Shown: positions 12,801-22,352, numbered from the stretch's first letter. The stretch is 48,534 nucleotides of DNA from Craspedostauros australis (GCA_030167865.1 JALAGF010003324.1:1-48534), one strand, 5' to 3'. The notes: generated by a model not told the origin, from the sequence alone. Numbers and translations are program-made.

Positions 12801-15438
12801 CATGCGTATGAGCACCGATGAAGATGGTGTGGAGATGGTTGCACTCAACGGATCAGAGATAAATGGTGAGCAGGAAAAGCCCAATCCGTTCATGGAGAAT
12901 GGGCGCGATCTGATGGCAGAGGCAGAAAAGGCACTCATCCACCCGTCGGCACAGCGGTTCCTCCTGTCTATTCTGAAGCAACGTTCGCGACTGCAAAATG
13001 AGCGCGGACGGCAGAATCGACGTGAATCGAATCTTTCGGGCCAATCGTACTCCCGTTTGGAGCAGGTGGCGTTCGACTGCCTGATTCGACTGAGCTGTTC
13101 CATGCTGGATTCCTGCATGGAGCACAATGATTACGAACCCGCATACCGGCTGCTGACCTACACTGCAGGGTTCATTATGATTATTGAAGAAGTGGTGCCC
13201 ATGTCTGATGTCCGTGGCGGCGTCGATGATGACGACAGCGAAGAAGTCGATGACTCGGAGCACGAAACCATCACAAGGCACGTTGTCACGATGACGTCGC
13301 GGATCGGCCTGCATCCCATCTTTGCCGATCTTGCGTTGTGGACGAAGGTGATGGAGGTCCATTTGAAGGATCGCCTGAGCGAACGCAAGTCCGACTCAGG
13401 AGATGAAACCGATGACGAAGAGGCAGACGCCATCGAACACGATTCCGCCGTCGCCACGCTGTACGAAATGCTCGGGTACGGCATTCCCGGAGAGGAGCTG
13501 TCCAAGTTCGCCATGCGCATCAGCGAGAAGCATGGTTGGTTCTGCGATGACCGTGGCAAACAGCTGCTGATGCTTGCGAGGCGTATCAGCGTCCGAAGAG
13601 AGCAGAGCAACGCCAACCACGGCACGGGTGGTGGAGGCGAAGAGCTCGCGATGATTCGGAAGGGCCAGGAAGGCGGTCACCTTCGCAGCAGCTCGCACGA
13701 GAAGATCGATCTTTCCAGCATCTTCCACGCCTGGTCTGACATCGGCTGGTGTCACCCAGCCGCACCGTCGAAGCTGCATGCCAACCAAGCGACTTGCATT
13801 GATTCTGCCGAATCCGAATACATGAAACGATCCCCAGTCACCGCCCTGGCTTCATTCGGCTCTTCAGTCGTCGTGACGGGAGGTTTGGATGGGAGCGTGT
13901 TCCTCGCCCACAGCATTTCAGATAGCAACGCAAAGGACGGCACGACCCCGTCTGTCCGAGGCATCCACTTGGATTGGGGCAGCGCGAGTCGAGCGACATC
14001 TGGTTTGTCGTCGGACGGTGTCTACGGTGTCGGCGCGGTGAGTTGCCTGGCAGCTTGCATGGGACAAGCCAACATGTCTGCGGCAAAACCATCCATGAAG
14101 GATACGCTGGACAGCGCGCAGCCGGCGACACCGCAGGATGACATGCTCGCCATGATGGAAGGGAGCCGTGTGGTTGCCGGAACGACGGCGGGCGATCTTC
14201 GAGTTTGGTCCGTGAAAGATGTCTACGCGGCCATCGCTCTGGCGAAGCTGGAAGAAGAAGGCAGTATGTCTGCATCAGTCGATGCCGTTGGCATGGCGGG
14301 AGGCATGGTAGGACTGGCAGGAGGGGCCGGCAGCACAAGCAGCGCCCTGAACCGTCTGAAGGTCTCCCTGCGCGGGAGAGCGTTGTCCGGCCATCGCGGT
14401 GGCGTAACTTGCGTCGACGTCCCACCTCGGTTCTACCGACCAGATTCGCTCATCACGGGCGGCGCGGATGGATTGATCAAGCTCTGGTCCTTGCGTTCCC
14501 CCACAGGCGGACGCCGTGTTTCGAGCGATGCGGAGGCTGCGGGCATGAATAGCAGCACCGGGACAGCCAGTTCCTCCACCACTCCGGCACGCGGACGTGG
14601 TGGAGATGCGCTAAATTCATTCAGCGGTCACAAAGGACGCGTGCTATGCGTGCAGACAGCGTGGCATGGCGATCGGCTCCTCAGCGGTGGAGCAGACCGG
14701 ACGTTGCGTGTTTGGGATGTGGCGAATCAAAACGGCAAACCGATCCACACTCTCGCAGGCCACTTTGGCTGGGTGACCCACGTCAAGTACTGGGGACCCA
14801 ACACCATCGTGTCAGCCTCCACCGACCGATCCGTCGCGTTGTGGGACGCGCGCGTTCAGAACTCTCCGCTGTTCGTTCTGCGTTACCATCAATCGCCCGT
14901 GTCAGACCTTCTGGTCGGCACACGCACGGATCCTCTGATGACAAGCGCAGGCGCGGATGGCAGCATTGCGACGTGGGATTTCCGGTCCTTGTCCGGTGCC
15001 GCGTCCATGGCCAACAGCAGCAGCAGCGGCAATGCTGGTGGTGGCAACAGCAACAAGGCGGGCGCCAAGCAGTGCCAAATGGTCCGCGCACCCGCCGCCA
15101 CCATGCTGCACCACGGCAAGAAGGGACGCGACGGCAAGGCCGCCAACTCGGTGCTACTTGCGCGGGGTGTGGTATCCCGTGCCAATACTCTGCTGAGCAT
15201 CGGTTCGGATGCCATCATCCGTGAATGGGAGCATGGTACCGGGCAGTTGGTGGAGGAATCGCCCACGGGCCACTGCGACGTCATCTCGTCCTTCCGTTCG
15301 TTTGGAATGGATGGTGATGACGGCGACCATTCGTCCACCATCGGTACTGCCGCTGCAGAGCAGGAGACGATGGAGGGAACCATCACGGCATCTTGGGATG
15401 GTACTATCCGAATGAGGCGGCTGCTCCGTGATGGATGA
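6841..15438 (+). CDS. Large intronless C2 + uDENN/DENN/dDENN + helical + WD40 protein (putative Rab GEF, SCD1-like architecture), 2865 aa
   Basis: C2-like segments WSVRVFVVSAVDLP...LRLGSVVIPLTSL...EQWYPV. DENN motifs FSFPEG, WVPMAICLTT, ILTESKVLIH, LCYPFTWSFPYIPILP...FVEAPLSYILGV and SLLRGYQ...FNRDKFL. C-terminal WD40 repeats (GHRGGVTCV...ITGGADGLIKLWS; GHKGRVLCV...LSGGADRTLRVWD; GHFGWVTHV...SASTDRSVALWD). Confidence 0.92.
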   Translation: MPSNQQAPLSREERTRERRARREAIDSAASAVSASTPSRAHTTPVRLTAEERAMLTVSSTSTSAGTRRGGGDRDRDRERERERRREERRQRRNSGDTLYSGSTADASISNATNASGRTSATDYDNGGAPISTSEDRAQRYLQRRRDREAAAAAASGASSPPSSAADRRSGYPRSRRASGGGSIPHSDAHSHSDDHHRYSSRRSHDDDTHASASSGYSARRSGRDRDHHHRDRDHHRDRDRERGDGESAYSGASSAAGSSRRRGGAGEPRPSRRHASDSGTSDAGHSERPRRRHTSGDGGLTGTATAGQPNAASLSHEDEIERIRELRERRLRGERGSTEAPRRAHTDVHDHQRYSSRSRTRSRDRLDPSRARSRDRLSSSNHREERGSSRDRLAPSRDDRGKSRERILSDRERARMHRRERLEGGAPRERSTRGNRTAGISSASSVTSSGPTSKMHRSSSVDGLQEHGKDMRRPSSSRELRTDQRRSRRHHAMDDDDRRGSDHRQPSSSTSLTSTGSNVSNQQHQGGGGATYDDYTMELSSSRHEETKRSSYLEEREARRQKRRQSLSSLNDTASTTTATTSASSTLNNSNHEPDEPSSGNSSELARIRQRREAQRAALRKQRGSNKQNSTPDRRARAEAQKARTVRRQKSVTAATPLRGAMPDPSKGLLPQSVSSPTTEVPPTHVTKTEAATSRTALASANAPTTALGDTKDKTIPEITTADSSFDIPDLEFSDAEEDPDAIDLDQSGWSVRVFVVSAVDLPIHVVPNTPLCPVLKFGLVKMPSGNAEELHDRLGDSSVAALRTARVRSTTSKILSKRDNGSVDFHQELRWDRIRHPMNTSLCVEISAQAVRSPANHKESPQAILSTPLTMEPSKESTNDLGGGMKRSASSGAMKRSKSVDGFTSGDSGRRGVSRNASGSDDDMNNNNAPGGLRALWRKATNRKAAELEAANAAAAVARMLVEQDAPPGAATGTEPSSAAATARAIATPAQPQTDYDVTLKTDESTKDTAKMTQDLRLGSVVIPLTSLPLGMAMDGNQTARVEQWYPVDHLESSEFGGKKPRVLLEISFASPDNLDDSEDEMDPDDLLHESNSSLSFNASKTMAMMQASFSRRASLDALNSRQEEAGESKHHQQQQQQQDTKKKKKISDPVLQPGVVDFISVIGPKDLGNLVTEASNTGDGWIENCHPKSVILEQFPPSDEYYQSIKRSATLQNMTEWFSFPEGMRLWRGPNPPTHSDLNLKRFSASSPPNITSSTTAAFDACLNCTSAFTWFLIASNSDEYGSSLVKTYGGVIRFYVPAPVDPKEYTLAKDGMSNGSRLWVPMAICLTTNLPIVGVLESILLRLCEELTKDNGNIGGADGNNNSNSVMENIHKQLGKLILNFQKPIPGAVNCSVPFLKGERFLLSLPPTNGLPALPHGHAVISVCRLLGAEGLNFMLAAILTESKVLIHAHDLSDVVMAAEVVMALCYPFTWSFPYIPILPIDMLEFVEAPLSYILGVPTSSIKHVDPNSLEDVVVIDLDNGFSTTSQLDMKKRGVVPNPKNPTPLPASVAASLSKSLHKLLRAEELVEEEYADDFQHTNPRLETESLAEREFRIAVAVQISSLLRGYQECTGPVFNRDKFLKITPSAYEERSKDGMPPSSSSSSSRGGSSSASLQPSPRAKRFLSTLVSGQNFQQLLDFNENLGFFHEIMEALDDTDKQPLRSSSGMDTSVSKLERTLNQLNKALQKIEDKIPTYRVDTNLEMDSDDEDGFLLLHEDPFDDFTDFDVFSAPFQASESSKHANNGDGTSSFTERILKRSMKLPELPADTHDPVGMMEYERISKDTLKEHPWEYQRLFDIPFNTSASNGDANDADNSHTNDTGKEPFIAITEKVRLKDAIGERRYRAWKLAQDRKLEGMNEFDKVIADDLTSGKQGTSLDLASLVTSATSDMSDSMSTMGSTQPDLASGLDPQKQRVIDAKNRDILRRCLDKAQRSHEMFGGGGTGMRMSTDEDGVEMVALNGSEINGEQEKPNPFMENGRDLMAEAEKALIHPSAQRFLLSILKQRSRLQNERGRQNRRESNLSGQSYSRLEQVAFDCLIRLSCSMLDSCMEHNDYEPAYRLLTYTAGFIMIIEEVVPMSDVRGGVDDDDSEEVDDSEHETITRHVVTMTSRIGLHPIFADLALWTKVMEVHLKDRLSERKSDSGDETDDEEADAIEHDSAVATLYEMLGYGIPGEELSKFAMRISEKHGWFCDDRGKQLLMLARRISVRREQSNANHGTGGGGEELAMIRKGQEGGHLRSSSHEKIDLSSIFHAWSDIGWCHPAAPSKLHANQATCIDSAESEYMKRSPVTALASFGSSVVVTGGLDGSVFLAHSISDSNAKDGTTPSVRGIHLDWGSASRATSGLSSDGVYGVGAVSCLAACMGQANMSAAKPSMKDTLDSAQPATPQDDMLAMMEGSRVVAGTTAGDLRVWSVKDVYAAIALAKLEEEGSMSASVDAVGMAGGMVGLAGGAGSTSSALNRLKVSLRGRALSGHRGGVTCVDVPPRFYRPDSLITGGADGLIKLWSLRSPTGGRRVSSDAEAAGMNSSTGTASSSTTPARGRGGDALNSFSGHKGRVLCVQTAWHGDRLLSGGADRTLRVWDVANQNGKPIHTLAGHFGWVTHVKYWGPNTIVSASTDRSVALWDARVQNSPLFVLRYHQSPVSDLLVGTRTDPLMTSAGADGSIATWDFRSLSGAASMANSSSSGNAGGGNSNKAGAKQCQMVRAPAATMLHHGKKGRDGKAANSVLLARGVVSRANTLLSIGSDAIIREWEHGTGQLVEESPTGHCDVISSFRSFGMDGDDGDHSSTIGTAAAEQETMEGTITASWDGTIRMRRLLRDG

Positions 15439-15987
15439 GCAGATTTTGCGTATTGGTACGAGCTGCGAGCTACTCGCAACGAAAGGCGCCGAAACAACAC
15501 ATAGCTTGAGTATTTGTGGAATAACTGTATCGTTAGATGTGAGACAGTAATAGAATACTCTCTATCGCGCCCGTTGCATCCGAGATGTAATGAACAAGTG
15601 TACCCACAAGACGTCGTGAGGAAGAAGGACCCCAAGAAGGCTTGTGGGAGGATGGCATACGTAGAATAGCACCAGATCATAATATTCTAGCATAGTACCA
15701 GCAAGCCATTCTTCGGATATGCGTTATTAGAGAAAGAGCAAACGCAGAGGTCGGTGCAGTTGCGATTCTATCGCAGTGTTATTGAAGTGGTTTGCCGTTG
15801 CCGATGCCGTTGCATGGTTGTGTTACCGTTGCATGGTTGTGTTGCCGTTGCATGGTTGCATTGTCGGAGATAAGTGTCTCACGAGCGTTCCCAGTTGAGT
15901 ACCCAACTCGATTCGACACTCCATTCCTTTCCGTAGCTGAGCCGGAACGAATCACTCTCTTGAGTACACGTACTCCATCACAATCCT

Positions 15988-17051
15988 CTAAAACCGCCCG
16001 CCGCCTGTTGATTTGTACAGATCATTCAACGCCTGCGCCTTTTGTGAATTGGGGTTCTTTTGCTGCTGCTGCTCCATCTCCGCCTGCTTGACGTGGATGG
16101 CCATTTGCTGAGCATACTCCTGAAAGCTGACGAAGCCGTCCTTGTCGTGGTCGAAGTCCTCGAAGACGGGGTAATCCTTCTCGGTGAGACCGGGGTAATT
16201 GGCCAAATAATTCTGCACGTACATGTTAAACTCGGCACGGCTGATGCGATCGTCTCCGTCGAGGTCGGGTTGCTTGAACTCGTCGTAATCGCGCTGCAGT
16301 TTCTCGTACTCTGCCTGATCCTTGGTCGATCGCAGTGCCTCCTGGAGCTTTTCGGCCTCGAGGACGAGCTGCTGGTTCTGTTCGGAGAGTTTGTAGACGT
16401 CGTTGTAGTATTGGGTGTAGAGCTGTTTCTGCTCCTTCTGGTGGCGGACCTTCATGCGCTTCGCGATACGTCCGGAATGGATCTTGGCACCGCAGAAGTA
16501 GGAGATGGCACCGACGGCAGCCATCTGGCCCCAGCCGAATCCTCCAGCGGCGGGGGCGCTGTCGTGCGTTGTTGTGCGAAGTTGATAGGTGGGAGATCGA
16601 TGGATCGGTTGGATCGGCGTGTGGAAGAGTGAGTAGGTGAGTGGGTGGGTCGGTAGGTTTGCATGGGGGAATCGAGAAGGGAAACAAAACACAGCAGTTT
16701 ATCACACACAACGATGGCGACTGACCGCAATTGATTGCGACGGATGACAATTGATGGCGATAACCAGGCATGGATGGAATCACAAGTAGTGGAAAGTGCA
16801 ACACAGCACAGTACAGCACATCGCAAAGATATGTGAGCATGAGAATGAGAAACGTACGCCTTGGCCTCCTGCCGATCGGCATAATCCTGATAGAGATTGT
16901 CCTGACCGTAGTCGTTGCCGTAGTCCTGGTAATCATTGGCATTGCCACTACCGTAGTCACCATAGTCGCCATAGTCCTGATCGTACTGCGCGGCGACTGA
17001 TATCGCTGCGGTCAGCACCGTCAACAGCTTGGCGGGGGTTGTGAACTTCAT
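15988..17051 (-). CDS. Spliced secretory/membrane protein with an Asp-Tyr-rich N-terminal region, coiled coil and two EF-hands (254 aa); exons 17051-16858 and 16558-15988
   Basis: Signal peptide MKFTTPAKLLTVLTAAISVAA. The phase-2 intron 16857-16559 (GC|GTACGT ... CACGACAG|C) joins two ORF-track ORFs in frame. Canonical EF loops are DLDGDDRISRAE and DHDKDGFVSFQE. Confidence 0.85.
16559..16857 (-). other. GT-AG intron (299 nt) of the EF-hand gene
   Basis: Donor GTACGT at 16857 and acceptor CAG at 16561-16559 on the minus strand; removing the intron restores the reading frame. Confidence 0.8.
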
Positions 17052-17138
17052 GTCTGTCTGTTCCTTTGTTCCTTTGTTCCTTTGTGCGAATGGTGGATGA
17101 ATGGATGGATTGATTCCTTGATGCGGTCGCTTGATGCG

Positions 17139-17174
17139 GTCGCTTGATGCGGTCGCTTGATGCGGCTGCTTGAG
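17139..17174. repeat. Short tandem repeat (TGATGCGGTCGCT, about 3 copies) upstream of the EF-hand gene start
   Basis: Directly visible 13-mer repeats; a TGTTCCTT x3 run lies nearby at about 17058-17084. Confidence 0.8.
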
Positions 17175-17760
17175 GTGTACTCAAGAGGATCAACGGATTG
17201 GTGGATGGATCGACAGATCAGAGAGCTGTCTTCACACAAAATGATGCAGATCGAGACGGTGCCAAGTTGAATGGGTGATTTCAATGTGAAGATTCCTCTT
17301 TGGGTGAACGACACTTTGCGATCAAGAGATGGAGATGGAGATGAAGATGATGGTGGAGATGTTGCTGTGATGACAGCAGTTTGGAAGATCGGCACGTCGT
17401 TTGCACGCACAAATACACCGTCAACACATTCCCAATTTTACACGAACACGTACACGTACGCGTTGTTGATGTGTTGATGCCTTTGTGGCTTCTTTGGTCA
17501 GTCGTTTTGATGGGTTGAGTCGCGTTCCGCGTGGAAGTTTTCCTCGTCCAAAGCAAAAGGAAGCTATTTTTGTACTTTGTTATTTGCCGTGACTGGGTGT
17601 TCGTCAACGTGTCGCCATTTGCGGATCGTTTGTCGTTTGTTTTGCACGCGCCGCACCTCATGCGGCTTTGCTCACAAAATCCATCACATGTCCACACAAT
17701 GGTGAATGGTTCCCGACTGTCGGTCAGTATGAATGTGAGCTTCGGTGGGCGAGGGCGATG

Positions 17761-17805
17761 CAGTAACAGTAGCAGTAGCAGTAGCAGTAGCAGTAGCAGT
17801 AGCAG
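17761..17805. repeat. (AGTAGC)n microsatellite
   Basis: Directly visible hexamer repeat. Confidence 0.9.
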
Positions 17806-18124
17806 TGGATGTGAATGCAATGGCGATTCCACAACAGCATCCTTGTCTGTTCTAGATTGGCGATCGGTCACGGGATCATCGCTTTTTTGTTGTTGAAATC
17901 ACCCGCAGCAACAGCCACAGCCACAATCGCATCCGCATTCATGTCAACATCAACAACAACAGCAACAACAAAACTACCTTGCACTATAATCTCGCCATGC
18001 CTCCTGCCTTCCCCCGCTGGTGAATAGCAGTGCCACACCAACTTTCCCATACTTTCCCACATCCATCTTTGCAACTGCAAACATACCGATAGGCAACACC
18101 AAGACCACACATGCACCTTCCGTC

Positions 18125-19156
18125 ATGCCGCCATCGCCCCTTCTCATCGATCTGAATCGACCGTGCCATGGCATTGGGATCGGACAAAGGTTCACACGCG
18201 AGGATGCATCGACTTCTGACTTCTCCGCTGTTGACGCTACTTACGAGCACACCACAGGTGATGTCCACCAACGTCATCAGCATCCGCACCGTCAGCTACT
18301 GCAACAACCGCTCCAACTGTTTCCATCCGCGGAGCATCAACAACGGTTTTCAACTCGAAAGCAACTCAGCTGTCAACGTCGGGTGCATTTCAACGACAAG
18401 CGCACCGTCACATACTTCATCCCATCCCGGCACTCCCTCACCGCGCATGAGAAGGCGGCAGGTTGGTACACCCCGGCGGAGTTGCGCAAGCTGCGCCACT
18501 GCTCCAGGATTGGCAAGATCATCCGCCGCCAGCAGGAGGAGGAATTCAAAGAACGGCGCCGGCAGTACCACGAGTATCATGCCAAGGCAGCGACATCCTC
18601 CGATAGGGTCAAAGCGGCCATGCCGTCGCAACGCAACCTCAATGTACATCCGTCCGCTACGGCTGGCTCCAATCGCGGTTCGAACAACCACAAGGTGAAG
18701 ACCAGCAAGGGCAACCACAAAGACCAACGCCGTCACCCGTGGCGCAAGGACCTGTCTTCGACAGTATCCCACACCATCAACACAGATGATGATGATGCCG
18801 GCATTTGCTATCGCGGCCTTGAATGCACCGTCGACGTCACGGAACGCCGTCGACGTGCCATGACACGCCTGGCCGCCGAGAGCGCCGTCTTCGTCGAGCA
18901 GCAGCGGCAGCAACGATCCAACACGCAATGGATTCCCGAGCTCATTGCGGATGTGTACTCTGTTGCCACCAACCAAGCCAAGATGGACGCCTTCCAACGT
19001 GGCCTTCAAGACGCCGCGAGTGTTCCGAACGACGACAGTGACGAGAAGGGAGATGACAATGTCGCGCGCCATTCCAGGATTCACATAGTGCCACCGCGAT
19101 GGATGAGACAGCGCCCCCTCTTCTTGGATCCCACAGAGCACGGCTTTGCGTGTTGA
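18125..19156 (+). CDS. Hypothetical protein of a diatom-type family with an RVxF motif followed by WY / RGLE / EQxRQ motifs (start uncertain; the ORF opens at 18020)
   Basis: Motif order RRVHF...IPSRHSLT..EK...WYT..E...CYRGLE...AVFVEQQRQ...PELIADVY...A...AFQRGLQDA matches my recollection of a widespread multi-copy diatom family of unknown function. The first in-frame ATG is at 18125. Confidence 0.75.
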   Translation: MPPSPLLIDLNRPCHGIGIGQRFTREDASTSDFSAVDATYEHTTGDVHQRHQHPHRQLLQQPLQLFPSAEHQQRFSTRKQLSCQRRVHFNDKRTVTYFIPSRHSLTAHEKAAGWYTPAELRKLRHCSRIGKIIRRQQEEEFKERRRQYHEYHAKAATSSDRVKAAMPSQRNLNVHPSATAGSNRGSNNHKVKTSKGNHKDQRRHPWRKDLSSTVSHTINTDDDDAGICYRGLECTVDVTERRRRAMTRLAAESAVFVEQQRQQRSNTQWIPELIADVYSVATNQAKMDAFQRGLQDAASVPNDDSDEKGDDNVARHSRIHIVPPRWMRQRPLFLDPTEHGFAC

Positions 19157-19320
19157 AGCATTTGAGCCAACTGCGGACGTCCACACATGCACACACGAAA
19201 CACCTCAATCGATGGAAGGGTTCGTGTGCGAACGAGGAGAGACATGTATCGATGCAACATGATTTCTCAACTCCTTCGCAATGATACACTACAAACGATA
19301 CGTTGGCGACAGCGTGAACA

Positions 19321-19330
19321 AGAGAGAGCA

Positions 19331-19363
<33 letters not shown>
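19321..19363. repeat. (GA)n microsatellite
   Basis: Directly visible dinucleotide run. Confidence 0.9.
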
Positions 19364-19367
<4 letters not shown>

Positions 19368-20618
19368 TGGATTGGGTCCCGCTAAAACATCTTGGCAGAC
19401 ATGGCGCATCCTCTGCCACGACGACGGCTTTCGTTCGCCATCATTCCAATAGACATCGTATCGTACTTGCACGAGTAGTGGCGACGGAAAAGTCACCTAT
19501 GCTTCGGGGAGGTTTAAATCCTGTTGGTTTGTGTTGGTTACGTAAACACACACACACGTACTCTTCTGTGTACATAATGTACACGCAACATAGCTAATCC
19601 ACAATGCGCATACTTGATCATGATCCTTCATGCTTTGTGTCGAACTACTATACTCTGACTCTAGTATGTACGTATGATGTCAAGAGGCACACATGACACC
19701 ACTAATCTTTCAGCACAACTGCTTCTCGCAACGAAAGACCACGTGATGCCATACAACTCCATCAACCCAACGGACCAATCGGCATCCTCCTTACTCTTTC
19801 GATCGTCATGGCTACTCGACGCCCATCATCGTAATGTTGACGTTGAACCAGGCCAACCAACCAGTCAACCACACTCGCTCTTCGGGTGTGCCTCAGTTGC
19901 AGAGGATCAAGCAGAGAGATGATGGAGCTGCTGCTCACAACAGGAGCATAGTGTTGTGCAAAATGTGCTCTGCTTCAAATTTGTGAGCGATCACGTTTTG
20001 AATTGCTCGAGACTTTTCGAGTTGTATTGGTAACGGTGACTTACTGGTGCCTCTGATTGTGTCACTGTCGTTTTGATGTCTCATGTCATACTAAAATATT
20101 TCTAACGCCACGAAATCGTCTTGGGACTGTCCAGCAGACGTGACCCGGCGGTGGACGAAAGAACAGTAAAATCGACGACCATGTCACCAAATTCGATCAT
20201 TCTTCGGTCAATCTCCGTCATGCAAAATTTCGCTGTTCCTTTTGTTGTGTTGTCTCGCGCTTCGTTGACTAACGGGCCGAATTTCTCTTCCCTGCCTTCG
20301 CCAGATTTGTTGCTGATGCTGCTTGATCTAACGATGTTGCCATCTTCAATTCGATCGTGCTTTGTGATCATGGCATCGAGTGTATTTTTGTTGGAGGCAA
20401 AGGCTTCCTTTCCACCTTGATCTCAGCAACAAGACGAACAGTGGTTGTCTTGACGATGTGAGCAATTTTACGGCTCAAGTTGCACATTCACACATTCACA
20501 CATTCACACGCTCGTGTGTTCGTTCTTGCATTATTCATTCTCATCACCACTTTCACCATCACTGATCAGTTGCAACAGCAGCAGCACAGTACTCCATTAT
20601 CGATTGAACGACAACGCC

Positions 20619-21909
20619 ATGAGGATTACTGCCACTACACTCGTCGTCACCCTTTGGGCTGCAGCCTGTTTCGCTCACCCAACGTCTGCATACGATTATT
20701 CAGACTATCACGACGACCCGTCTGATGAAGACGATGAACACATCGACATGGACTTCGTGGTGTATCGTCGCCGCGCGAAGAAGAGTTCAAGTTCGTCATC
20801 GTCGTCTTCATCTGCCTCGGAACCAACGTCGATGCCAACATCAATGCCGACTTCAGCGCCCACAGCACTACCGTCAGCATCGCCATCGTCGAATCCAACG
20901 GCAAGCATTAGTCCATCGATCCCTCCATCTGCGGCGCCATCTTCTGTGCCAACAAGAAGCAGTGCACCATCCGCGGCACCGTCCGGCTCACCGTCGAATA
21001 CTCCATCGGTGACGCCTTCAGGCACGCCATCGACGCCACCTTCGGTGTCACCGTCAGGTCAACCGTCGGTATCACCGTCGACTTCTCCATCCCAGGTGCC
21101 AACGAGGAGTATGCAGCCGTCCATGAACCCTTCTGTGGCGCCTTCTTCCGTGCCGACAACGAGTATAATGCCATCGACAGTGCCTTCCAGTACTCCTTCG
21201 GGAGTTCCATCGTTGGCTCCATCATCCACGCCATCTGCAGTGCCGACAAAGTCATCGAAGAGTGTGAAGGCAATCAAAGCACCGAAGTCGCCGCGAGCGA
21301 CACGACCTCCAAGGGCCACGAAATCGCCAAAGAGCGAACAGAGCACGAAGGCCCCGAGTGCAACGTCGACTTCGTCTGCAAGTACGAAGGCTCCCAGTGT
21401 CAAATCGTCTTCGTCTGCAAGCACGAAGGCCCCCAGTGTCAAATCGTCTTCCTCTGCGAGTACGAAGGCACCGAGCGCATCGTCCAGCTCCGACAAGGCC
21501 CCCAAGTCCGCAAAGGTACGTGCCCATGGCTCGTCTCTGTTGTACTCGTACTGTGTTGTACCTTGTCTTGTTTGCTTGTTCACATCATGGTCTTGTATGC
21601 TGTATGCTATTTGCTATTTGCTGTTGTTGCGACTCGTGATCAGCGACACTAACATGCTTCTTGCTGCTGCTGCTGCTGCTGCACTGTCATTCCATCTTGC
21701 TTCATATGTGTGCATAGCTGCCAAGCCTCAAGAGCGCGAAGAGACATCTTAATGCTGGAGATTCCACTTCAGAGGAGGGGGAGGAGGAAGAAGAGGATCA
21801 GAGCGACAACATCAAAGGAGAGGAAAATATGGAGGACGAAGAGGAAGATGCAAACGACGATGAAGAAGAGGAAGAAGAAGACTCAGAAGAAGAGACGAGC
21901 GAAAAATGA
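20619..21909 (+). CDS. Secreted silaffin-like / mucin-like precursor (362 aa); exons 20619-21515 and 21718-21909
   Basis: Signal peptide MRITATTLVVTLWAAACFAHPTSA, then an acidic segment, RRR, PSxxPS repeats, KxxK motifs and four copies of a 39-nt/13-aa STKAPS repeat. The phase-0 intron is AAG|GTACGT (21516) ... CACTAAC branch (21647-21653) ... CATAG|CTG (21717). Exon 2 reads LPSLKSAKRHLNAGDSTSEEGEEEEEDQSD...EEETSEK-stop. Confidence 0.82.
21342..21497 (+). repeat. Coding tandem repeat, 39-nt unit (STKAPSVKSSSSA-type), 4 copies
   Basis: Units start at 21342, 21381, 21420 and 21459 (AGYACGAAGGC...). Confidence 0.9.
21516..21717 (+). other. GT-AG intron (202 nt) of the silaffin-like gene
   Basis: GTACGT donor, T-rich body, CACTAAC branch point and TAG acceptor; the read-through translation abruptly changes composition at this point. 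Confidence 0.8.
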
Positions 21910-22352
21910 GCATGGTAACAACAGTCAGGGGAAGCGTCATAGCGGATGCAGGATGTGAAACGGGAGTGCTGCAAACCGCCCAACGACGAAGAATATGTTA
22001 CTATTGTATTATGATGTAAACGTACGTACACGTTCTCAAAGAGACAGAGAGACAGAAACAATGCAGTGCTTGTTGCTATGTATAATATACTCTCGAGAGA
22101 GTATGCAGCTACAAGGGTATACCTCCACGCAACGTACCCATCGTATATATGTATTGATGATAGCAGATGAGAGAATGAAATCACTGATCCCAATCACAGC
22201 TGACGATTGCGTTCGGCAGAACCTGAGAAAACACGCCGACATGGCTATCACTGCGCACACGCAAGAAAAGAAAGAAGTCGGTTGCTTCCATTTTCTCTAT
22301 CGTATCGTTCGTTTGTTCCTTTGTCAAAATTCAATTTCGGATCTATTGTATT

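Noticed and set aside
21516-21752. Hydrophobic C-terminus of the 412-aa ORF, which looks like a TM or GPI anchor
   Set aside because: It is mostly translated intron (GTACGT donor, CACTAAC branch, TAG acceptor); the spliced product ends in an acidic tail instead.
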